From contig CAZEJU010000002.1 of NCBI GenBank assembly GCA_964512695.1, positions 1-61,992 on the forward strand: a stretch of 61,992 nucleotides of DNA. Reading direction: 5' to 3'. The first letter of the stretch is position 1; the number at the start of each line of letters is the position of its first letter. The DNA is from an uncultured Gammaproteobacteria bacterium (GTDB taxonomy: Bacteria; Patescibacteriota; Microgenomatia; Levybacterales; UBA12049). A program made the position numbers and the translations under genes. Positions 40,712 to 53,324 of the stretch are shown here, piece by piece. Below the pieces are notes generated by a model. It saw only the letters and a list, made by a program, of their open reading frames with translations, was not told the origin of the DNA and ran no database searches.

Positions 40712-41005
40712 TATAGTTCCTTAATAGATTATTGATATTGAACAGCTTCCTGTATAGCACTACTATATAGTAAGCTGTTCGACATCGGGGAGTCCAGAGC
40801 AAAGAGGCAAGTGATTCGTCACTTGTTTTCTTAGGCGAGCTATAAAACAGTTTGCCAAGCTCTTTAGGATCCCCCTGTCAGTCCTCTCACGCAAGTATGC
40901 GGAACACTGCCAATATTAACTAAAGGCAACGTTTCGCGCCTTGCGCGCCGAGTGGACTTAAAGACAGCCCCCAGGCCGGTAGAAATACCGTCCTGGGGTT
41001 TTTCG
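40712..41005 (+). ncRNA. Orphan structured RNA, ~290 nt, class unknown
   Basis: It lies between a consensus promoter and an intrinsic terminator, and I found no ORF longer than 8 codons. The nested helices are GAACAGCTT/AAGCTGTTC (40740/40772); GGGGA-TCC-AGAGC-GGCAA ... TTGCC-GCTCT-GGA-TCCCC (40787-40874) capped by CAAGTGA-UUCG-TCACTTG; and CTGTC-AGTCC ... GGACT-GACAG (40875/40954). Confidence 0.55.
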
Positions 41006-41008
41006 TTT
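40968..41008 (+). terminator. Intrinsic terminator
   Basis: CCCCAGG-C-CGGTA-GAAA-TACCG-T-CCTGGGG followed by TTTTTCGTTT. Confidence 0.75.
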
Positions 41009-41158
41009 AAAAGGCATCCTGAAATCATGGGACTTGTAATTTACGATTTCTAAAGAGTTAGTCAAAACGAAGTAATTTGACAAATATGGGTTTTAAAAAT
41101 TAATGAGGACCTAAGCAGAAACGTTGTATCGTTGCAGCTCTGTAACTTTGAAACTTTA

Positions 41159-43033
41159 CTATCCTTCCTTCTCTACTTGCGCGACTTTTTCTTTCGGGAG
41201 ATTTTTTGCACCTACTAATTTTACGAAATCTTCAGCTTCTATGGTTTCTTTCTTCAGTAACTCTTCTGCAACTTTATCCAGCTTATCCTTTAAGCCCTGC
41301 AATACGTGTAAAGCATCTTCATATGCCTTATCCATAAGTCGTTTTACTTCTGCATCAATTTTTGCTTGCATTTCCGGTGATACGTCAGAGGGTTCATACA
41401 TCATTCTCCGTTCACTATCAAGATTAATAGGACCGAGCTTACTCATACCGAAACGGGTTACCATAGCTCGAGCTACCTGAGTCGCTTTCGCGATATCATC
41501 AGATGCCCCTGTCGAAATTGTATCGAATACCAGACTCTCTGCTGCTCTACCCCCTAACATGACAGAAATCTGTTCAAGTAAATGAATCTCAGTTTCGTGT
41601 GTTCTCTCAATAGGTTCCATCATCGTGTGTCCGAGGCTCATACCCCTGGAAATAATCGAAATTCGATGGACTGGATCCATATGAGGCATATGCCAAGAAA
41701 CCATCGCATGTCCTGCTTCATGATACGCAGTCATTCGGCGGTCTTCATCTGATTGGAGTCTCTTCTTTTCCGGACCGAGTTTTACTTTCGTCGCTGCCTC
41801 TTCAAGATCCCTCATATCAATAGCTTTTTTATTAAGTCGGGCAGCGAGAATAGCAGCTTCGTTTAACATGTTTTCCAAATCTGCACCAGAGAAGCCAACT
41901 GTTCGCTTCGCTGCTTTATCCCAATTAACATCTTCAGCAAATGGTTTCCCTTTCGCATGAATTCCAAGAATCGCTTTTCTTCCTTCTATATCTGGGAGAT
42001 CGAGAACCACTCGACGATCGAAACGGCCTGGGCGTATAAGCGCTGGATCAAGAACATCTGGTCTGTTCGTCGCAGCTATAACGACGATTTGTTCGTTTTG
42101 TGAAAAGCCATCCATTTCCACGAGGATTTGGTTTAATGTCTGCTCTCGTTCATCATGTCCACCCATAAATCCTGCACCGCGTTGGCGGCCTATTGCATCA
42201 ATCTCGTCGATAAAAATAATCGCTGGCTGATTTTTCTTCGCAGTATTAAATAAATCTCGGACACGGCTCGCTCCCACACCGACGAGCATTTCCATAAACT
42301 CAGAACCTGCCATAGAGAAGAATGCCACATTTGCCTCTCCTGCCGTAGCACGAGCAAGTAATGTTTTTCCTGTACCTGCGGGACCGATCATAAGAACACC
42401 TTTCGGAGTTCTCGCACCCATCGCTTTATATTTCGCTGGGTTTTTTAAGAAATCCACAACTTCAGTTAATTCTTGTTTCGCTTCATCTACGCCCGCAACA
42501 TCGGCAAATGTGGTTTTCGGAGTATCTTTTGAAAAGAGTTTTGCTCGGGATTGACCGAAAGAGAAAATGTTTTCCTGAGCCCCTCTCGCTTGACGGAAAA
42601 TGAACCAGAAAAAAGCGATCATGAGGATAACAGGAAGAATCGCAGAAATAAGATTTATCCAGTTATTAACAGAGCTATCGTCTTTTACGACGACTTTCGT
42701 ACTTTTAAGGTCAACCCCTGCGTTTTTAAATAAGGAGTAGACATCAGCACTTCGTTCTTTATATGCTTCAACTGTCCTGTCAGTTTCCTTAACAATCAAT
42801 CTATCATTCTGAACGACAATTTCTTCAACTCTACCCTTTCGAACATCTGTAATAATCTCTGATATAGGAACTGTTCTATTCGCATCGTATGAACCAGTGA
42901 GCCCACTAAAAAGAAAGAGAGAAAACAGTATGATGAAACCATAAAGGAGAATGTTTTTCCATGTGGGTTTTAACTTTACTTTAATAATTTTTGATCGTTT
43001 ACCGAGAGGGGTTTTCTTACCATTCGTTGCCAT
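41159..43033 (-). CDS. ftsH: ATP-dependent zinc metalloprotease FtsH
   Basis: Two N-terminal TM helices, GPAGTGKT (Walker A), DEID (Walker B), the SRH region, and HEAGHA zinc site. Confidence 0.95.
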   Translation of the reverse strand: MATNGKKTPLGKRSKIIKVKLKPTWKNILLYGFIILFSLFLFSGLTGSYDANRTVPISEIITDVRKGRVEEIVVQNDRLIVKETDRTVEAYKERSADVYSLFKNAGVDLKSTKVVVKDDSSVNNWINLISAILPVILMIAFFWFIFRQARGAQENIFSFGQSRAKLFSKDTPKTTFADVAGVDEAKQELTEVVDFLKNPAKYKAMGARTPKGVLMIGPAGTGKTLLARATAGEANVAFFSMAGSEFMEMLVGVGASRVRDLFNTAKKNQPAIIFIDEIDAIGRQRGAGFMGGHDEREQTLNQILVEMDGFSQNEQIVVIAATNRPDVLDPALIRPGRFDRRVVLDLPDIEGRKAILGIHAKGKPFAEDVNWDKAAKRTVGFSGADLENMLNEAAILAARLNKKAIDMRDLEEAATKVKLGPEKKRLQSDEDRRMTAYHEAGHAMVSWHMPHMDPVHRISIISRGMSLGHTMMEPIERTHETEIHLLEQISVMLGGRAAESLVFDTISTGASDDIAKATQVARAMVTRFGMSKLGPINLDSERRMMYEPSDVSPEMQAKIDAEVKRLMDKAYEDALHVLQGLKDKLDKVAEELLKKETIEAEDFVKLVGAKNLPKEKVAQVEKEG

Positions 43034-43208
43034 AACAATTTCAAGAGTATACCAGCTTTATAAAATAATTTCCAATTGCAAGTTTCCAGTCTCCAATCAG
43101 TTTCTTACTTCCTAAATTCGAATTTAAATTTGAAATTCGCAATTCGAAACTGGAAACCACCTTGTTCGCGTCCATATAGTACCGAAAAAGTTTTTTAAAA
43201 ACAATAAG

Positions 43209-44057
43209 CTACTTTACAAGTTCTACAGTTCCTTTCTCGCGTTTAATAAAACCTTCTTTTTCTAAATCCGCAAGTATCACATTCATATCAAAATTTTTAG
43301 GTATATGTTCATCTCGTAACTGAGAATAAACATCGTTTTCAGGCAAACACTCTCGCTCTAATAAAAGCTTAACCAACTTTCCGCGGTAATACCGTCTCGA
43401 ACCACGAAACGTCGACTGTTTTATACTTGGAATTTTTTCTTTTTTTAAAACGGACGATGCATAGTCCATTAATGCCTGATTCCAATCATACGCTCTGCCT
43501 TCTGGCAATAATTGTTCAGCAAGGTGTTGTATTTCTTTATCACTTAGTGTTCGGGTACTTCTCCCTTTACTCGAAAAAAGCTCCAACAGAACTACTTTCT
43601 TAACGTTAACATCTACCACTGCAACTTGTTTATTAAATGCAAAGCACGCTATAGCTCGAGCAGTATACTCTCCAACTCCCGGCAACATTTTTAGACCTTC
43701 AAGCGTCATTGGCCACTCACCTTTATATTCTCCAATAATCTTTTTTGCAGTTTTTTGGAGTAATAACGCTCGTCTGTTATACCCTAATCCGGACCACATA
43801 CGAAGAACTTCAGATGTTGCCGCCTTTGCAAGTACGTCTACCGTAGGAAATACTTCTAGCCATGCATTATATTTAGGAATAACACGGGACACCTGAGTTT
43901 GCTGCAACATAATTTCAGTAACGAGAATCCTATACGCTCTTTGCTGTAGAGATATGCCAACTGGTACATTCCGCCATGGTAAATCACGCTTATTCAGCGT
44001 ATACCAATCCAATATTTTCTTTTGGAATAGCTTTATTTGTTTTTCCTGCAATATCAT
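43209..44057 (-). CDS. MutY-like adenine DNA glycosylase (HhH-GPD) lacking the Fe-S cluster cysteines and the NUDIX-like domain
   Basis: WY..NKRDLPWR, TEIMLQQTQV, WSGLGYNRRA, LPGVGEYTARAI and VVDVNVKKV. There is no Cys-x6-Cys-x2-Cys-x5-Cys after the HhH region. The C-terminal ~70 aa is basic and wHTH-like. Confidence 0.7.
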   Translation of the reverse strand: MILQEKQIKLFQKKILDWYTLNKRDLPWRNVPVGISLQQRAYRILVTEIMLQQTQVSRVIPKYNAWLEVFPTVDVLAKAATSEVLRMWSGLGYNRRALLLQKTAKKIIGEYKGEWPMTLEGLKMLPGVGEYTARAIACFAFNKQVAVVDVNVKKVVLLELFSSKGRSTRTLSDKEIQHLAEQLLPEGRAYDWNQALMDYASSVLKKEKIPSIKQSTFRGSRRYYRGKLVKLLLERECLPENDVYSQLRDEHIPKNFDMNVILADLEKEGFIKREKGTVELVK

Positions 44058-44063
44058 GAAGCG

Positions 44064-45083
44064 TTAGTAAACGAAATTGAGGACACTCTTTACTTCCTGT
44101 AAGGTTCGTCGGGTTTCTTCTCTTACTTTCTGGGTTCCATCTCGTAAAATAGCTACTAACTTTTCTTTATCATCATATTCTTTTCTTTTTTCTCTTATGG
44201 GAGTGAAAAAATTTTCAAGTATCTGCACCAAATATTTTTTCACTTCGACATCTCCAACTTTTCCTTCTTTATAACGGTTTTTATACTCATTAATTTGTTC
44301 AGTATCCGGTTCTGTCGAAAAAGTGTCCAGATAAATAAATAAAGGATTACCTTCTACTGTTCCTGGATCAGTTGCGTGAATTCTCTTCGGATCTGTATAC
44401 ATACTCATTACTTTTTCTTTTACTTCTTCCGGAGTTGCTGAAAGATAAATCGTATTACCAAGGCTCTTACTCATCTTCGGATTACCATCTGTACCAATGA
44501 GCTTTCCTACTCTTCCAATCTTCGCTTGAGGTTCTGGAAATACTTTTTGTTTTCCCTGCGACACTGCCATAACATTAAATGTCCTAGCAATTTCCCTGGA
44601 TTGTTCAAGATGAGCTTCCTGATCAATACCCACGGGAACAAGCTCACCCTTAACACATAATATATCCGCTGCTTGATACATAGGATAATTTATAAAACCA
44701 AGACTATATTGATCGCCAAGCCCTTTCATCCTTATTTCATCTTTAATAGTAGGATTCCGTAATGCTCTGTTATGCGCGACATACATACTGAAAAATGAAG
44801 CTAATTCATAAATTTCCGGAATTTCAGATTCTACGTAGTAAGTCACTTCTTCTTCTGATAAACCTACAGAAAGTAAGTCGAGAAGAACATCTAACGTATA
44901 TCCCCGTACTTCTGCATATTTATCCCCTGCATACGAAGGGGTTGCTAATGCATGCATATCCGCCATAAGTAGGTAACAATCATACTCACTTTTTAGCTTC
45001 ACCAGATTTTCAAGATTCCCAACGTAATGACCTAAATGTAACTTTCCTGTTGGTGTAAAGCCTGTCATAATTCTCTTTTTCAT
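44064..45083 (-). CDS. trpS: Tryptophan--tRNA ligase
   Basis: TGFTPTGKLHLGHYVG (HIGH-type) and KMSKS motifs, with typical length of 339 aa. Confidence 0.92.
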   Translation of the reverse strand: MKKRIMTGFTPTGKLHLGHYVGNLENLVKLKSEYDCYLLMADMHALATPSYAGDKYAEVRGYTLDVLLDLLSVGLSEEEVTYYVESEIPEIYELASFFSMYVAHNRALRNPTIKDEIRMKGLGDQYSLGFINYPMYQAADILCVKGELVPVGIDQEAHLEQSREIARTFNVMAVSQGKQKVFPEPQAKIGRVGKLIGTDGNPKMSKSLGNTIYLSATPEEVKEKVMSMYTDPKRIHATDPGTVEGNPLFIYLDTFSTEPDTEQINEYKNRYKEGKVGDVEVKKYLVQILENFFTPIREKRKEYDDKEKLVAILRDGTQKVREETRRTLQEVKSVLNFVY

Positions 45084-45213
45084 AGTGCTGTTATTGTAGG
45101 GTATTTCATTCAGAGGTGCAATAAAAAAATTAGTTCTGGTAATTATTCACTGTAGATACTCGCTAAAAGTAACTTCTCTTGACTCTCTTTCATGCCTTCT
45201 GTATTCTTGAAAC

Positions 45214-46257
45214 ATGGAAACTGCTCCAGATATACATGAGGAGAATCCCACCCCTCTCCCAAAACCGAAACGGACTTCTAAAAATATTCTTTTGTTTTGT
45301 CTCATATTACTGGTTACAGCATGTGCTACTCTCTATGTCTATACGATTCCTGAAAAAGATAAACATAAAAAATCTGACCAGAATCTCAACAGTTATGAAC
45401 GTATCCAACGTGAACAGGAAAACAGAAATAGATCATTTAAGGTTTCTGTTGAACCCGTGAAAAGGAGACCCGCAATAGGAAAACACACCTTACACATCGT
45501 TTTTCTACGGCCCCCTACTTTATTAGAATCGACTGTTCATCCTCTGGTTTCTACATTACAAGATTCGAGAAAAACAATCTTTGAAGATTGTAGTAGTAAC
45601 ACCTGCAAAAACAACGCTTCTTTTAACTATATAAAGAGTTTCTTACAAGCAGAAGCCAAAAAGTATAAAGCTAAAGATTTTGATATTACTGTTAAACTTC
45701 ATCCATTAGGTATTCTTCGTGATTTAGAAAAAATAGGAGATTTCGCAGCGCTATGGGGCAAAGACGCATTTGGAGTAACGAAGATCAAAGACGCTTTCGC
45801 GAAAGGTCTTAAAGAAAATAATATTACTGTGGGAGATGATGACTTAGTTATGTTTCTTTATTTTGACGACTCTTTTGATTATGTCGATAATCCAGATGAA
45901 CGATTCTATGAGCATAAGAAATTCCGTTCATTTGCAGATCCCGACTATGGACGAGCTTACGTTAATATTTACAACTTCTCCCCCCTTTTTAGCGGAACTG
46001 CTGTCGAAATTATCACCCACGAATTACTACACCTTTTCGGAGCTAATGATAAATACCTCGAATATTCAGATACTGAAGCTTGTGACGAACGAGGTCTTGG
46101 AGAAGTTCATAAAAAACCCTTATATCCTCAAACAACAGGAGACATTATGTGCTTATATGTTGAAAAAGAAAGAGGAGACTTCGAACGAGGAAAACTAGTA
46201 GACAAAGAACTCGTGATTAATGAAATAACAGCTGAAGAGATAGGTTGGATAAAATAA
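45214..46257 (+). CDS. Membrane-anchored hypothetical protein with an HExxH motif (putative zinc metallopeptidase)
   Basis: N-terminal TM helix and HELLHLFGANDKY near the C-terminal third. No family recognised. Confidence 0.4.
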   Translation: METAPDIHEENPTPLPKPKRTSKNILLFCLILLVTACATLYVYTIPEKDKHKKSDQNLNSYERIQREQENRNRSFKVSVEPVKRRPAIGKHTLHIVFLRPPTLLESTVHPLVSTLQDSRKTIFEDCSSNTCKNNASFNYIKSFLQAEAKKYKAKDFDITVKLHPLGILRDLEKIGDFAALWGKDAFGVTKIKDAFAKGLKENNITVGDDDLVMFLYFDDSFDYVDNPDERFYEHKKFRSFADPDYGRAYVNIYNFSPLFSGTAVEIITHELLHLFGANDKYLEYSDTEACDERGLGEVHKKPLYPQTTGDIMCLYVEKERGDFERGKLVDKELVINEITAEEIGWIK

Positions 46258-46356
46258 ACCCAGCTTAATAGTTAATCGCATCTGGCCAACAAATAATATC
46301 TCAAGTTACAATTCATTTATAAGTAAGCAAGTTGCTAGGAGTTAGCTGCTAGAAGC

Positions 46357-47280
46357 CTAAATGTTATATTCTTCTTTAAGTTCATTATATTGATCTTCTG
46401 CTTTATCTTTTAATGTTTCGAGTTCATCGTTTATATCTTCAACGACATTATCTAACTTATCAGAAACACGCTGTAACTCTTTACCGTTATTTTGTTGTGC
46501 TTGCGTGTATCGCTGTGTCGATGTAGCTATTTCACTATTATCACGATTTTCAACCGCATCTACCATCTCTTCTAAGAAGGTGACTTCTGTCTGCAAGGTT
46601 TCAATAAAAACCTCATGCATTCTTCCCATATCACCATCAAGCTTTAATTTCTGCAAATCTCGAATAACAGATTGTTCATCTTCAATTGCTTGTCGGAGAA
46701 TATCAACATATTTATCCGGATCTGAGTATAAATAGCTAGATGCTCCACTGACATCAATACTTAATTTTTCGTAGGTTCGTAGTGGCTCGACATATGCTTT
46801 AGAAAAGGCAACATTATCTTCTTCCAAATCATAAACCTCGTCAGACTTCGAAAGATACGCTTGAAGTGCATCCTTATACTTTTGCAATTTTCCTGATTTC
46901 ATATCGTTAAGCTCTGTCGTAAGTTTCTCTTTTTCATTTCGTACATCTTTTAATATATCCTCCCCCTTCGCACCGTATCTTTCGATGGAATCTGAATCAC
47001 TTTCTGCCTCTTCTTCTAAATGTTCAGCCATCTTCTCAACATAACGGGTATAACTAAGGAAAACTGGATGAGCTACTTTTACTTTCTCTTTTACCTTGCC
47101 CGGAGTATCAAGGAATAAGAAATAGACAGCGCCTCCTATCATGAGAAGAACAAGAAGCACAATGATTAGTGGAAGTTTACTCTTTTTTTTCAAAACAGGT
47201 GGAGACTGCTGAGGAACGGTTTCTTGAGTTGCTGGGGGTGTTTGTTCTGTATTCGTTTCTGTTTTTACGGTTTCTTCCAT
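46357..47280 (-). CDS. Membrane-anchored coiled-coil protein, hypothetical
   Basis: 307 aa with one TM helix after a polar N-terminus. The rest is helical and acidic. Confidence 0.45.
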   Translation of the reverse strand: MEETVKTETNTEQTPPATQETVPQQSPPVLKKKSKLPLIIVLLVLLMIGGAVYFLFLDTPGKVKEKVKVAHPVFLSYTRYVEKMAEHLEEEAESDSDSIERYGAKGEDILKDVRNEKEKLTTELNDMKSGKLQKYKDALQAYLSKSDEVYDLEEDNVAFSKAYVEPLRTYEKLSIDVSGASSYLYSDPDKYVDILRQAIEDEQSVIRDLQKLKLDGDMGRMHEVFIETLQTEVTFLEEMVDAVENRDNSEIATSTQRYTQAQQNNGKELQRVSDKLDNVVEDINDELETLKDKAEDQYNELKEEYNI

Positions 47281-47345
47281 ACTAATTAGCGTATAGCGTT
47301 CTCAATGAATTGTCAACTATACAATTCTACGCTTCTCCTTACATC

Positions 47346-49866
<2,521 letters not shown>

Positions 49867-49969
49867 AGAATAGCAGACTTTCTTAAGTTATTTTTGGGGA
49901 TCATGCTTGTATCACGTGTGATTGGGGCGTTTGATCTGTTGCTCCTGTTGTGTATAGTACATTATGAAT

Positions 49970-51349
49970 CTATAACTCCTGAACTGCTTTTTTAAATAGT
50001 TCTCCTCGTTCTTTATAGTTTTTAAACATTCCGAAGCTTGCGCAAGCTGGAGAGAGTAATACTACATCCCCTGGCTCAGCGAGTATTGCGGCATTTCGCA
50101 CAACCTCCTCCATGCTTTGTAAACCTTCAACAATCTTTAATTTTTCACTTTTCATTTTTAATTTAATTTTGTTCCATTCGTCTCCGATACCTATAACAGC
50201 TTTAATATTTACCCTCGTACTAATAAGTTGACCAAGTTCGGTAAAATCACTGTTTTTACTCGAACCACCAAGAATTAAAATCTCTGGAGCATCAAATGCT
50301 TCGATTGCGGCAATAGCAGTTTCTGGTGTCGTAGAAAAAGAGTCATCATAATACCGTACGCCTCTAAAATCTCGCACTAACTCTAAACGGTGTTCTAAGC
50401 CCTTGAATGTTTTCAATACCTTAGCTATAGAGGTAAGAGACACACCCGCTAGGTTAGCAGCCATAGCAGCAGCACAAACATTTTCTAAATTATGTCTTCC
50501 AGGCAATACTATATCCGACGTCTTTACTACCTCGCGTTTGCTATCATGTTTCTTAAGCCACACTGCTCCATCTTTTACATAACACCCGTCTGTATAAGCT
50601 TCCCGCTCCCGGCTCACCTGAAATATTTTCGCCTCCGTATGAATATCTGATTCGTGACTCGCTAAGTAATCACGATTAATAACCGCGAAATCATCTGGAC
50701 CTTGCCAGCGAAGAATATTTCGCTTCGCGTCAACGTATTCCTCCATACTCTCATGGTAGTTCTGAGTTCCATGTACATCTTTACCTAAATGCTCCCCCAC
50801 AATCATGAGCATAACCGAAATGTGAGGACTCACCTGCATATCTTCTAACTGGAAACTTGATAACTCTAGAACAACCCATGACGTAGGTTTTAGTTTGTCA
50901 ATAAACTGTAACGGCGGCACACCAATATTCCCACCAAGATATGCGTCAAGCCCTTCTTCTTTCAGCATTTCGTAAATCAATGTAGAAGTCGTTCCCTTCC
51001 CTTTCGTACCTGTGACACCGATAATCGGCGAGGGACATGCCTCGAAAAATAAAATTGTATGTGAGGTAACCTTAACTCCTTTTTTTTCAGCTTCAATTAA
51101 TTGTGGAAGTGTGCGCTTTACACCTGGACTGCGGACAATAATGTCAAATTCACTTAGTCCCTCTAAGTAGTCTTTTCCTCCACTTACCTGTATATCTTTA
51201 TTCTGCAATTCAGGTATGTTATGTATGTCTTCCCGCTGATCCAGTACTGTCAGTATCGCTCCTTGTTTCAATAGATATTTAAGAGTCTCAATCCCTTCTG
51301 TTCCTGCGCCGATGATAGCAACTTTTTTATTCCGAAAATCTGTAATCAT
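49970..51349 (-). CDS. murD: UDP-N-acetylmuramoylalanine--D-glutamate ligase
   Basis: N-terminal Rossmann GAGTEG, GVTGTKGKGTT P-loop, and Mur ligase middle and C-terminal domains. Confidence 0.9.
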   Translation of the reverse strand: MITDFRNKKVAIIGAGTEGIETLKYLLKQGAILTVLDQREDIHNIPELQNKDIQVSGGKDYLEGLSEFDIIVRSPGVKRTLPQLIEAEKKGVKVTSHTILFFEACPSPIIGVTGTKGKGTTSTLIYEMLKEEGLDAYLGGNIGVPPLQFIDKLKPTSWVVLELSSFQLEDMQVSPHISVMLMIVGEHLGKDVHGTQNYHESMEEYVDAKRNILRWQGPDDFAVINRDYLASHESDIHTEAKIFQVSREREAYTDGCYVKDGAVWLKKHDSKREVVKTSDIVLPGRHNLENVCAAAMAANLAGVSLTSIAKVLKTFKGLEHRLELVRDFRGVRYYDDSFSTTPETAIAAIEAFDAPEILILGGSSKNSDFTELGQLISTRVNIKAVIGIGDEWNKIKLKMKSEKLKIVEGLQSMEEVVRNAAILAEPGDVVLLSPACASFGMFKNYKERGELFKKAVQEL

Positions 51350-51437
51350 AGTTAAATTTTTAATTTATAATTTTAAATTTGAAATCAATTTTTAATATTC
51401 TAATATTTAGATTTGAATAAAAATTAAAAATTTTAAA

Positions 51438-52259
51438 CTACAAATTAACCCGTTCCACCTGTATTGTAGTTCCTAGTAATTTTTTTGCAACTGTCGAAAA
51501 TGTTTCTACGCTTCCTGATGTAGAGAATGCATGCTGTGCTTGTTCTGCTTCCACTAATTGGTTATTCGATGCCAATACTCTTCGTGCATGACGAGCGATA
51601 GCACTACTTGGCTCAAGCAACACAACCTGTTCTCCGAGTATGTGCTGTATTTCCATAGCCATAAAAGGATAATGCGTACACCCTAGCGCGAGCGTATCAA
51701 CGTCATTTTGTATAAAAGGAATTAACACATCGCGAAGAATATGATTAACTTCTTTGCCATAAGTTTGTCCATCTTCTATAAGGGGAACAAGTTTATCTGT
51801 GCCTATGTTTATAACTGTACATTTCTGAGCAAATTTTTGTATCAACTGTTTTTGGTAGCTACTCTCTGCTGTTCTTACTGTAGACAGTATCCCTATGCGC
51901 ATATTTCTAGTTTTTTCGGCTGCTGTTTTAACGACAGGTACAGTTCCTATTATAGGGATCATCGGATAATCGTTGCGTAGTCTATCAAGACTCGACACTG
52001 TAATAGTATTACAAGCAACGATAATCAGCTTCACATTTCTTTGAAGCAAAAATATAACGAGACGCTTTGCCAAGCTATAAATTTCTTGAGGAGACTTTGT
52101 TCCATAAGGAATATTTTGGGAGTCAGCGATATAGAGAGTGGACTCGTGAGGTAACTCTTTTACTACTTCTTTCCAAACAGAAAGTCCACCAACACCAGAA
52201 TCGACAATACCAATGGGACGGGGAATTGAGAATTGAGAGTTGAAAGTTGAGAGTTGCAT
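51438..52259 (-). CDS. murI: Glutamate racemase
   Basis: IGIVDSGVGGLSV, VACNT and LGCTHYP catalytic Cys motifs. The first ~12 codons are heptamer-repeat sequence. Confidence 0.9.
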   Translation of the reverse strand: MQLSTFNSQFSIPRPIGIVDSGVGGLSVWKEVVKELPHESTLYIADSQNIPYGTKSPQEIYSLAKRLVIFLLQRNVKLIIVACNTITVSSLDRLRNDYPMIPIIGTVPVVKTAAEKTRNMRIGILSTVRTAESSYQKQLIQKFAQKCTVINIGTDKLVPLIEDGQTYGKEVNHILRDVLIPFIQNDVDTLALGCTHYPFMAMEIQHILGEQVVLLEPSSAIARHARRVLASNNQLVEAEQAQHAFSTSGSVETFSTVAKKLLGTTIQVERVNL

Positions 52260-52303
52260 AGATAGTTTTTAATTCTCAATTCTCCATTCTCAACTCTCAA
52301 TTC
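52223..52303. repeat. Inverted pair of GAGTTGA/GAATTGA heptamer runs bracketing the murI start codon
   Basis: The left arm 52223-52256 is coding and the right arm 52271-52303 is 5' UTR. The ATG (52257-52259) sits in the 14-nt loop. Confidence 0.85.
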
Positions 52304-52309
52304 TTTTTG

Positions 52310-52383
52310 TACCAGGGGCGGGGATCGAACCCGCGACCTCAGCGTTATGAATGCTGTGCTCTAACCAGCTGAGCTACCCTGGC
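52310..52383 (-). tRNA. tRNA with CAU anticodon (Met elongator or Ile2/lysidine type)
   Basis: The reverse complement is GCCAGGGTAGCTCAGCTGGTTAGAGCACAGCATTCATAACGCTGAGGTCGCGGGTTCGATCCCCGCCCCTGGTA. It gives a cloverleaf with anticodon loop TTCATAA. It lacks the three G:C pairs of initiator tRNAs. CCA is not encoded. Confidence 0.88.
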
Positions 52384-52529
52384 GCGTATTTTAGTCTTAA
52401 AATCTTACCATACAACTATACATTTGGCCAGCGGGGCGGCTGGCCGATAACAAGCATTTCTCCCGACTCCTCGGACATGCCTTAGGCGGAAAAAATGCTC
52501 GGAGAGTCAGACAGGACTCTCAACTGTCA

Positions 52530-52868
52530 TTACATCAGTTCCTCGCTGCAATCATAGCGGTTCAGCTCTCCCTCATCATCCGTATAATCTACCTCTCCTC
52601 CACTTTCTACCGGGGAGAAACTGACGACGAGAATGATGGAAGGCATAACCGACTCAGCATCTATCAAACCATGCTGCTGAACCAGCCGGATAGCATTAGT
52701 ATATGCCGTCTCAAGCTGCGTTGCTGCAGCTTGCAGCGCGGGCATGTCTAGTGCTCCGACACATGCATGTGCTCGCCTCAGGATGAGAACGAGTTCATCA
52801 ACGTCATAGCGACGCATAACCTTCTCCTGTTTAATGAGGGATGTTAAGGCTGGTCTGTATACCCTCAT
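52530..52868 (-). CDS. GC-elevated ORFan, acidic C-terminus, hypothetical
   Basis: 112-aa ORF in a segment clearly richer in G+C than its neighbours. The likely start is the internal Met (MRRYDVDEL). No family recognised. Confidence 0.4.
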   Translation of the reverse strand: MRVYRPALTSLIKQEKVMRRYDVDELVLILRRAHACVGALDMPALQAAATQLETAYTNAIRLVQQHGLIDAESVMPSIILVVSFSPVESGGEVDYTDDEGELNRYDCSEELM

Positions 52869-52998
52869 ACCAGACCAGTACTCCTGCCCCTTGGAGCGTA
52901 TCGATTATACCACAATGCTGGCCTATAATATAATTCTGCTTATCACAAAAAAGCAGCCTCTCAGAGACTGCTTTTTCTTTCCATTCTACCCACTGCAT

Positions 52999-53250
52999 TT
53001 ATCGATAGCGTAATGCCTTATATAACCAAAGGAACACTACTGAACCTAATACCGCTATAATCATACTGTAGAGATTAAATCCTTCCACCCCTGGTTGGCC
53101 AAAAAGATTCATAAGAAGACCACCGATAAAAGCACCGACTATACCGACTACGATATTCATAATCATACCCTGCTGCTCATCAGTTCCCATGATGATGGAT
53201 GCAATCCATCCTGCTAATGCCCCAAATATTAAATAAACAAGTAAACTCAT
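52999..53250 (-). CDS. GlsB/YeaQ/YmgE family (transglycosylase-associated) small membrane protein
   Basis: 83 aa. GALAGWIAS...NIVVGIVGAFIGG, the typical Gly-zipper pattern. A strong SD (GGAGGTG) lies upstream. Confidence 0.8.
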   Translation of the reverse strand: MSLLVYLIFGALAGWIASIIMGTDEQQGMIMNIVVGIVGAFIGGLLMNLFGQPGVEGFNLYSMIIAVLGSVVFLWLYKALRYR

Positions 53251-53324
53251 AACTCTATTTCACCTCCATTCTGTTGCAATTAATTTATTCTTTTGCCACG
53301 CTGACTCTATGCAACGTAGTAATT

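Noticed and set aside
40712-41005. Assignment of the orphan RNA to RNase P RNA, tmRNA, SRP RNA or 6S RNA
   Set aside because: It lacks GGAAAGUCC/ACAGAA-CCGGCUUA, a tRNA-like acceptor/T-arm end, the GGAA tetraloop plus AGCA domain IV motifs, and end-to-end pairing, respectively. AGTCCA/TGGACT pairing superficially resembles P4, but both strands are better explained by local helices.
52384-52990. An integrated prophage or genomic island at tRNA-Met
   Set aside because: It is only ~600 nt, with no integrase, no phage genes and no detectable duplicated tRNA end. I kept it only as a compositional anomaly.
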